Shown: positions 1 to 10,200 of the stretch, one piece after another
How positions within the stretch are numbered: the stretch's first letter is position 1
Layout: every line of letters starts with the position of its first letter
Assembly: GCA_964187785.1 (NCBI GenBank)
Contig: OZ076409.1
Location: forward strand, 75,580,001 to 75,644,000
Reading direction: 5' to 3'
DNA from: Amphiscolops sp. MND2022
Lineage: Eukaryota
DNA length: 64,000 nucleotides
Notes under the pieces: model-generated
Database searches by the model: none
The model's input: the letters and a program-made list of their open reading frames with translations, nothing else
Told to the model about the DNA's origin: nothing
Made by a program: the position numbers and the translations under genes

Positions 1-1035
1 TACTGGCATTTTGCCCAAAAAACGCAAAAAGTTGGTCAAAATCTTAGTTTTTTGGTCAAAAAATGGCGTTTTTTCGAAAAAAAATTTTTTCAGAGACAAT
101 TACTCGTAACTGGTTCACCCAGCGCAAAAACGCCTAGCTGATTTATTGTTGGGCGCTTCATGAGGAGTGCGTATACAAATTTTCGTCCAGATCGGAAGAA
201 AAATGACTAAGTATTAGCCGGAATTCGGACGCATTTTTTCGCAAATTTTTGAAAACCTAGTCTATCTCTGCCGTTTTTTGCCCAGATTTTTTTCCAGGTC
301 CTCTCCTAAAGGCCTCCCCTGGCCGGTTTACTTCCCAGAAAAACCAATTGGCCCTAAATACGGAGTTTCAGCGTTCTAGCATTCCCGGGCGAAAAGATGA
401 GGGACTTAGAAAAAATTCAAAATTTTTCAAAAAAATTTTTTTTCGTTTTCCGGCCCCCCAATGAAGGGGAACGACCCCCCAACGAGGATTTTTGGTGAAT
501 TCACGTGGAAAGGCCTTGTTTTGTGGAGCAAATTGCCGTTTAGAGCAACTTTTTATCTTAACTTGACGTTGACCTCTGTCGTTTTGAATTTGATATTAGT
601 ATGTGTTGAGCATGTGAAAAGTTGATGATTTCAGTTGTTCTCTCGTGTTCAAGCCATTGAGATACAAGCGGTAGTGATCAAAATGTGCTTTATCGCACTT
701 TGATGGTGCTTTTGGTGTATTTTGATTCTTTTAAATAATAAGTTGTTCTTTATATATTTGGTGTATTGATTCAAATGAACAAGAAACAGTTGAGTACATT
801 TCATCTCCCCCCTTGTGGGGGAGATGAGGATGTACCCGCTAAATGACACGCACAATGGCCTAATTTTATTTTTATGCGACCTTTTCTAGGCTTTTGCGCA
901 AGCTCACTAAAATTTAGACTGGTTTCCTTTTCTTTTACTCCAAAATTTTCCGTACTAACCACCTTACGCACCACCAGCTCAACGTAACATGTGTAACGTC
1001 AACGCCACACACTCTCACTAACGCCCACCGTCCGT

Positions 1036-1104
1036 GGGCATGCCGAGGCATGCCCTTCGACGACGTATGCAAATAGCGCCACAGGGCGCAAACATTCCCG
1101 CTAG
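1036..1104 (+). other. Monomer 3' terminal signal (example): hairpin GGGCATGCC-GA-GGCATGCCC, TTCGACGACGTAT, variable segment, CTAG
   Basis: Present in 36 copies, e.g. 1036, 2327, 3612, 4903, 6175 ... 61081, 63049. A GC-rich hairpin followed by CTRR is the established Helitron 3' end signature, although the gap here is longer than usual. Confidence 0.8.
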
Positions 1105-4100
1105 GTGCCGGGATTTCCATTCGATAAGGAATTCTGCGCGTGTGGGTAGGGCCCCTGGCGCGCTCCTGTGTTTTCGGTTTTCCTACTCCAAATTCACACC
1201 CCAGTTATCTCCGATCTCGTAAACTATCCATACGATTTGGCTGAAATTTGGCACACGTACCCCCCTCGGCACGGTGAAGATGATTTCCTACTGACGTTTT
1301 TCCCGCTAAACATTTTTTGTTGACCAAAATAACGGTTTTTGGGGTAAAATTTTCAACTTTTTTTAAATTTTATCTTATATCTCGCCACGGGTACACGCTA
1401 GCGCTTCCAAACCTTGCTGACGAAAGTTTGCAAACTGTCTCAGGAATGCTGTGTGAAATTTTCAGCTCAATCGGACTTAAACTCGAGGAGATATAGCGTT
1501 TTTCCGGAGCGGGGGGGTTTCATTTTTCTAACGGTCCAGCTTATCTTTGCCATTTTTTCGAAAATGCACTCGCCTAAAGGCCTCCCCTGGCCGGTTTTAT
1601 TCCCAGCAAAACCATTTGGCCATAAATACGGAGTTTCAGCGTTCCAGCATTCCCGGGCGAAAAGTTGTGGGACTTAGAAAATTTCAAAAATTTTCAAAAA
1701 TTTTTTTTCCGTTATTTGGGCCCCCAAAGTGGGGGAAAAGACCCCCCAACCAGTAAAGCAAGTGAATGCATGTGCAAAGCCCTTGTTTAGAGGAGAAAAA
1801 TGCCGTTTAGAACGTCTTTTTATCTTGGCTCAACGTTGACTTATGACGTTTTGAAGGTGATGTTTGGAGGTGTAAATCACGTGAATAGTAAACGTTATGA
1901 GTATTTATCTGATCTGAAAGCCATTGAGATGCAATATGGTTTGCTCAAAACGTAATTCATGGCAGTTTGGCAATCAATCAACACCCTTTGTTGTCGTTTG
2001 ACATACTTTTTTGTTGTTATAATAAAAATTTTGTGTATTTGTTCATTTTTTTCTCATCAAATAACTTGAAACAGTTGAGTACATTCCATCCCCCCTTCCG
2101 GGGGAGATGAGAATGTACTCGCAAAAAGCAGCGAATTACGGCCCTTACCTTCCCGAGCTACGCAGTATAAGGATTACATATTGGTTCCGACATTTTCATA
2201 GAGTTAAATCTTGGTAATCTGTCTGGATATGCAGAAAAATCAGCACGTGCCTTTTAATACCAAGTTGCTCACAACGACAATTATTTTATATCAACGCCCC
2301 CATATTTATCAACGCCCCCCGTCCGTGGGCATGCCGAGGCATGCCCTTCGACGACGTATACCAAGATATACATCGAGCGCGTTAGCCTAGGTGCCGGGAT
2401 TTCTATTCATTAAAGTATGTTGCGCGTGTGGGTAGGGCCCCTGGCGCGCTCTTGGGTATGGTGTTCACCAGCTAGGAAATAGGGGTCGATTTTTCGGGAT
2501 CTCCTAAACTAGCCACACGATTTGGCTGAAATTTGGCACACGTACCCCCCTCGGCACGGTGAAGATGATTTCCTACTGACGTTTTTCCCGCAAAATTTTT
2601 TTGTTGTCCAAAATAACGGTTTTTGGGGTAAAATTTTGAATTTTTTTTAAATTTTATCTCTTATCTCGCCACCGGTTTACGCTAGCGCTTCAAAACCCTG
2701 CTAAAGAAAGCTTGCAAACTGTCTCAGGAATGCGGTGTGAAATTTTCAGCTCAATCAGACTTAAACTCGGGGAGATATAGCGTTTTTCCGGAGCGGGGGG
2801 TTTCATTTTTCTAACGGTCCAGCTTATCTTTGCCATTTTTTCGAATATGCACTCGCCTAAAGGCCTCCCCTGGCCGGTTTTATTCCCAGCAAAACCATTT
2901 GGCCCTAAATACGGAGTTTCAGCGTTCCAGCATTCCCGGGCGAAAAGTTGTGGGACTTAGAAAAGTTCAAAAATTTTCAAAAAAAATTTTTTCCGTTTTC
3001 CGCCCTCCCCCCCTAGGGGAAAAGACCCCCCAACCAGTAATTTGAGTGAATTCATGTGGAAAGGCCATGTTTAGAGGAGAAAAATGCCGTTTAGAACGTC
3101 TTTTTATCTTGGCTCAACGTTGACTTATGACGTTTTGAAGGTGATGTTTGGAGGTGTAAAGCACGTGAATAGTAAACGTTATGAGTATTTATCTGATCTG
3201 AAAGCCATTGAGATGAATATGGTTTGCTCAAAACGTAATTCATGGCAGTTTGGCAATCAATCAACACCCTTTGTTGTCGTTTGACATACTTTTTTGTTGT
3301 TATAATAAAAAATTTTGTGTATTTATTCATTTTTTTCTCATCAAATAACTTGAAACAGTTGAGTACATTCCATCCCCCCATTCCGGGGGAGATGAGAATG
3401 TACTCGCAAAAAGCACCGAACTACGGCCCTTACCTTCCCGAGCTACGCAGTATAAGGATTACATATTGGTTCCGACATTTTCATAGAGTTAAATCTTGGT
3501 AATCTGTCTGGATATGCAGAAAAACCAGCACGTGCTTTTTTATACCAAGTTGCTTACAACGACAATTATTTTATATCAACGCCCCCATATTTATCAACGC
3601 CCCCCGTCCGTGGGCATGCCGAGGCATGCCCTTCGACGACGTATACCAAGATATACATCGAGCGCGTTAGCCTAGGTGCCGGTGTCTTTTTACACAATGG
3701 GGGAAGTTGCGCGGTTGGGGAGGGTCCCTGACGCGCTTCCGTGAGATCAGGTTTTTCAACTAGTGAAATCGACAAAGAAAATTGAGATCTCGTAAACTAG
3801 CCATACGATTTGGCTGAAATTTGGCACACGTACCCCCCTCGGCACGGTGAAGATGATTCCCTACTGACGTTTTGCTCGCTAAACATTTTTTGTTGACCAA
3901 AATAACGGTTTTTGGGGTAAAATTTTCAACTTTTTTTAAATTTCATCTTATATCTCGGCACGGGTACACGCTAGCGCTTTCAAACCTTGCTGACGAAAGT
4001 TTGCAAACTGTCTCAGGAATGCTGTGTGAAATTTTCAGCTCAATCGGACTCAAACTCGAGGAGATATAGCGTTTTTCCGGAGCGGGGGGGTTTCATTTTT

Positions 4101-7100
4101 CTAACGGTCCAGCTTATCTTTGCCATTTTTTCGAAAATGTACTCGTCTAAAGGCCTCCCCTGGCCGGTTTTATTCCCAGCAAAACCATTTGGCCCTAAAT
4201 ACGGAGTTTCAGCGTTCCAGCATTTCCGGGCGAAAAGTTGTGGGACTTAGAAAATTTCAAAAATTTTCAAAAAATTTTTTTTCCGTTATTTGGGCCCCCA
4301 AAGTGTGGGAAAAGACCCCCCAACCAGTAAAGCAAGTGAATGCATGTGCAAAGCCCTTGTTTGGACAAGAAAAATGCCGTTTAGAACGTCTTTTTATCTT
4401 GACTCAACGTTGACTTATGACGTTTTGAAGGTGATGTTTGGAGGTGTAAAGCAAGTGAATAGTAAACGTTATGAGTATTTATCTGATCTGAAAGCCATTG
4501 AGATGCAATATGGTTTGCTCAAAACGTAATTCATTGCAGTTTGGCAATCAATCAACACCCTTTGCTGTCGTTTGACATACTTTTTTGTTGTTATAATAAA
4601 AAATTTTGTGTATTTATTCATTTTTTTCTCATCAAATAACTTGGAACAGTTGAGTACATTCCATCCCCCCCTTCCGGGGGAGATGAGAATGTACTCGCAA
4701 AAAGCACCGAACTACGGTCCTTACCTTCCCGAGCTACGCAGTATAAGGATTACATATTGGTTCCGACATTTTCATAGAGTTATATCTTGGTAATCTGTCT
4801 GGATATGCCGAAAAATCAGCACGTGCCTTTTAATACCAAGTTGCTCACAACGACAATTATTTTATATCAACGCCCCCATATTTATCAACGCCCCCCGTCC
4901 GTGGGCATGCCGAGGCATGCCCTTCGACGACGTATACCAAGATATGTTCGAGCGCGTTAGCCTAGGTGCCGGGATTTCCATTCGATAAGGAATTCTGCGC
5001 GTGTGGGTAGGGCCCCTGGCGCGCTCCTGTGTTTTCGGTTTTCCTACTCCAAATTCACACCCCAGTTATCTCCGATCTCGTAAACTATCCATACGATTTG
5101 GCTGAAATTTGGCACACAGCTCCGTTGGAACATTGTAAGAACAAATCCCTACTGACGTTTTGCCCGCTAAACATTTTTTGTTGGTCAAAAATGCGATTTT
5201 CCGACAAAATTTTCGACTTTTTTTTCTTTTTCAACTCATATCTCGCCACAGGGTCACGCTAGCGCTTTGCAATCTATGATCCTTTTTTGTTGGGCATTGC
5301 ATGTAGAACACGTATGCCAAATTTGGTGGCAATCGGACTTAAACTCGGGGAGATATATCGATTTTTTAGGTGCATTTTTTGACATTTTTTGCATTTGCTG
5401 ATTTATCTTTGCCGTTTTTTGCCCAGATTTTTTTTGAGACACTCTCCTAAAGACCTCCCCTGGCCAGTTTACCTCCCAGCAAAACCATTTGGCCCTAAAT
5501 ACGAAGTTTCAGCGTTCTAGCAATCCCGGGCAAAAAATTATGGGACTTAGAAGATTTTTTTGAAAACGCAAAATGTGTAAAGTCAACTTCAGGCCTCCCA
5601 AAGTCAAGGAACTTTCACACAACTAGGATTGCAAGTGGATGCATGTGGAAAGTACTGGGATAGACGAGAAAAATGAGCTATAGAACGACTCTGTAGCTTA
5701 ACTTGACGTTGACTTATGATGTTTTGAATGTGTGCTTGCTAAGGGGTCCGAAATTGAAAATTTTTAAAGAAAATTAATATCGTCAAAAATTCATCGGAAT
5801 GCCTGCAATATACAGTAGAGCGTGTTCAATTGTAGCTGACTAATGCATCAACGCCGTTCAAGGTCTTTTAACTCAGTTTCAAAATTTTTTACACTGTATT
5901 ATCCATCCGAGAGATCGAAACAGTTGAGTACATTCCATCTCCCTCCCGGGGGAGATGAGAATGTACTCGCTAAAGTCCAGATACCACAGCCCATATTTGT
6001 TTCTCTGCAACGCCATCTATGCTACTGCACATAACTACTAATCTCAAGACTGAATTTTGCCTTCACTTTGACTTGACATATGCTGAAGATTTGATCCTTA
6101 CAAACATCATCAATACCTGAACAAAACAATCCTAACATCAACGCCCCACACTCATATCAACGCCCACCGTCCGTGGGCATGCCGAGGCATGCCCTTCGAC
6201 GACGTATGACCACTCAAACGCGGTAGCCGCTAGGTGCCGGGATGACTATTCGATAAAGTATTTTGCGCGGTTGGGTAGGGCCCCGTGAGCGCGCCAGGGG
6301 ATAGTGTTAGAACAACAAGGATTTGGGCATCAGTTGGGAGCGATTTTCTAAACTATCCGTACGATTTTGCTCAAATTTGGCATACGTGTTCCTGAGACAG
6401 ATATAAGAACTAATTCCTACTGGCGTTTTGCCCGGAAAATTCAAAAAGTGGGTCAAAATTGAAATTTTCGGCAAAAAAATGCGATTTTTTTTGAAAAATT
6501 TTTTTTGAGAGGCCATATCTTTTTTCAGGGAGCCCGGAGCGGGACGCGTTAAACTGATTATAAACTCTACAGTTCATGGGCTTTACGGAGAACCTAGGCT
6601 CGTTTCGCTCGGACGAATAGTCTTGGAGATATAACGGTATTTTTCGGGAATTTTTTGAAAATTTTTCAACGGTCCAGCTTATCTTTGCCATTTTTTCGAA
6701 AATGTACTCGCCTAAAGGCCTCCCCCTGGCCGAATTTACTCCCAGCAAAACCATTTGGCCCTAAATACGGAGTTTCAGCGTTCCAGCATTTCCGGGCGAA
6801 AAGTTGTGGGACTTAGAAAAATTTCAAAATTTTTCAAAAAAATTTTTTTTTCGTTTTCCGGCCCGCTTTGAAGGGGAAAGGACCCCCCAACCAGTAATTT
6901 GAGTGAATTCATGTGGAAAGGCCATGTTTAGAGGAGAAAAATGCCGTTTAGATCGTCTTTTTTTTTAACCTGTCGTTGACTTATGTTGTTTTGAAGGTGA
7001 TGTTTGGATGTGTGAAGCATGTGAAAAGGTAATTTATTGTGTCTTTAGCTCTTCTAAAAGCCATTGAGATACACGATGTGTGACTCAGAACGTGTTTAAT

Positions 7101-7229
7101 TCTAATTTAGCAATGCATCAACACTTTTTTGTGTCTTTTGACTCTGTTAAAAAAAATTTTTCCGACTAAAATCAAAAATTATTTATAATTATTCACATTT
7201 TTTTTCTGATCTCATGACTCGAAACAGTT

Positions 7230-7273
7230 GAGTACATTCCATCTCCCTTCCCGGGGGAGATGAGAATGTACTC
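7230..7273 (+). other. Second conserved monomer hairpin (example), ~210 bp upstream of the terminal hairpin
   Basis: GAGTACATTC-CATCTCCC-(loop)-GGGAGATG-A-GAATGTACTC: an 18-bp stem with one bulged A. Found in all standard monomers between divergent flanks. Confidence 0.85.
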
Positions 7274-10200
7274 TTTAGAGACCAGGTACTACAGTACTTA
7301 CCTTCCCCGAGCAACGCCCCATAAAAATTGCGTTCTGACACAGATATTTTGACAAAATTTTATCTTTGTAATTTGACTGGAAATGAAGAAAATGCCGCAC
7401 GTGCTCTTTTATATCAAGTATCTTAACAACGCCATCTCTTTTACGTCAACGCCCCATCCTTGAATCAACGCCCACCGTCCGTGGGCATGCCGAGGCATGC
7501 CCTTCGACGACGTATACCAAGATATACATCGAGCGCGTTAGCCTAGGTGCCGGGATTTCCATTCGATAAGGAATTCTGCGCGTGTGGGTAGGGCCCCTGG
7601 CGCGCTCCTGTGTTTTCGGTTTTCCTACTCCAAATTCACACCCCAGTTATCTCCGATCTCGTAAACTATCCATACGATTTGGCTGAAATTTGGCACACGT
7701 ACCCCCCTCGGCACGGTGAAGATGATTTCCTACTGACGTTTTTCCCGCTAAACATTTTTTGTTGACCAAAATAACGGTTTTTGGGGTAAAATTTTCAACT
7801 TTTTTTAAATTTTATCTTATATCTCGCCACGGGTACACGCTAGCGCTTCCAAACCTTGCTGACGAAAGTTTGCAAACTGTCTCAGGAATGCTGTGTGAAA
7901 TTTTCAGCTCAATCGGACTTAAACTCGAGGAGATATAGCGTTTTTCCGGAGCGGGGGGGTTTCATTTTTCTAACGGTCCAGCTTATCTTTGCCATTTTTT
8001 CGAAAATGCACTCGCCTAAAGGCCTCCCCTGGCCGGTTTTATTCCCAGCAAAACCATTTGGCCCTAAATACGGAGTTTCAGCGTTCCAGCATTCCCGGGC
8101 GAAAAGTTGTGGGACTTAGAAAATTTCAAAAATTTTCAAAAATTTTTTTTCCGTTATTTGGGCCCCCAAAGTGGGGGAAAAGACCCCCCAACCAGTAAAG
8201 CAAGTGAATGCATGTGCAAAGCCCTTGTTTAGAGGAGAAAAATGCCGTTTAGAACGTCTTTTTATCTTGGCTCAACGTTGACTTATGACGTTTTGAAGGT
8301 GATGTTTGGAGGTGTAAATCACGTGAATAGTAAACGTTATGAGTATTTATCTGATCTGAAAGCCATTGAGATGCAATATGGTTTGCTCAAAACGTAATTC
8401 ATGGCAGTTTGGCAATCAATCAACACCCTTTGTTGTCGTTTGACATACTTTTTTGTTGTTATAATAAAAATTTTGTGTATTTGTTCATTTTTTTCTCATC
8501 AAATAACTTGAAACAGTTGAGTACATTCCATCCCCCCTTCCGGGGGAGATGAGAATGTACTCGCAAAAAGCAGCGAATTACGGCCCTTACCTTCCCGAGC
8601 TACGCAGTATAAGGATTACATATTGGTTCCGACATTTTCATAGAGTTAAATCTTGGTAATCTGTCTGGATATGCAGAAAAATCAGCACGTGCCTTTTAAT
8701 ACCAAGTTGCTCACAACGACAATTATTTTATATCAACGCCCCCATATTTATCAACGCCCCCCGTCCGTGGGCATGCCGAGGCATGCCCTTCGACGACGTA
8801 TACCAAGATATGTTCGAGCGCGTTAGCCTAGGTGGCCGTGTCTTTTCGACGTGCTTTTACATCGAGGAGTGGGTAGGGCCCCGCGACGACCTAGAAGAAT
8901 TGGATGCTCACCGAAACGTGCAGAATTCTACGAGATCTCATAGTTTGAGCCATACGATTTTTCTGAAATTTGGCATGTTGCCTGGAATTGGTGAGTAGGT
9001 AAAACGTGTAGGAGGTGATTTTTCCCAAATTCCACTGTGAGACGAGATATGGGCAAATAACGGTCCCAAAAATGGCAAAAATGCACTTTTTTTAACTTTG
9101 TCAGCCCATATCTCGTTCCCAGGTGCCCGGAGCGGGACGCGTTAAGCTGAATATAAACTCTAGGGTGTTGAGGCTGTACGGGGAAGTCAGGCCCGTTCCG
9201 ATCGGACTTGTAGTCTTGGAGAAATAACGGTATTTTTGGGGAACCTTTTCTAACGGTCCAGCTTATCTTTGCCATTTTTTCGAAAATGTACTCGCCTAAA
9301 GGCCTCCCCCTGGCCGAATTTACTCCCAGCAAAACCATTTGGCCCTAAATACGGAGTTTCAGCGTTCCAGCATTCCCGGGCGAAAAGTTGTGGGACTTGG
9401 AAAATTTTCAAAAATTTTCAAAAATTTTTTTTTCGTTTTCCGGGCCCCCAATGAAGGGGAAACGACCCCCCAACCAGTATTTTGAGTGAATTCATGTGGA
9501 AAGCCCTTGTTTTGACGAGAAAAGTACCGTTTAGAACATCTTTTTATCTTGACTCAACGTTGACTTATGACGTTTTGAATGTGATGTAAGGATGTAGGAG
9601 GCATGTGATAAGTTGATGTTTTGAGTCTTTATCTCAAATGAAAGCGGTTGAGATGCAAGCTGTCCTGCTCAAAACGTCTTTCGTTGTAATTTTCCAGTGC
9701 ACCAATACCCTTTGGTGTCATATAAACATTCTTTTCGTCGATATATTAACAATTTTAATGTATTTATTCCAATTTTTATTATCTTTTAACTCAAAACAGT
9801 TGAGTACATTTCATCTCCCTTTCGGGGGAGATGAGAATGTACTCGCTAAAGACCTAGCGCCATGACCAAAAGTTTGAAACCCACGTTTTTTATCTTCTTA
9901 CAGACTTGTTTTTGTATTTTTTCGGAATTTTTTAAAAATTAAAATACTTGAAATACATTACTTGACTTTACTACCACAATCCACCTCCAACGTCAACGCC
10001 CCCTTGCTTGCATCAACGCCCACCGTCCGTGGGCATGCCGAGGCATGCCCTTCGACGACGTATGCCAAATGCCCAGTGCCACGCAGTCATTATCGCTAGG
10101 TGCCGGTGTTTTTTTACACAATGGGGGAAGTTGCGCGGTTGGGGAGGGTCCCTGACGCGCTTCCGTGGTATCGGGTCTTTCAACCGATGAAAACGACATA

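Noticed and set aside
1414..1756. Recurrent short ORFs in monomers (MLTKVCKLSQ..., MPFFRKCTRL..., MGMPRHALRR...)
   Set aside because: They recur only because the DNA repeats. Many use TTG/GTG starts, overlap in several frames, have variable stops and frameshifting homopolymer indels, and show no recognisable domains.
1101..2386. 5S rRNA, snRNA, SL RNA or tRNA tandem gene cluster
   Set aside because: I recognised no such RNA sequence or cloverleaf in the conserved blocks. An Rfam/Infernal scan would be needed to exclude a novel ncRNA.
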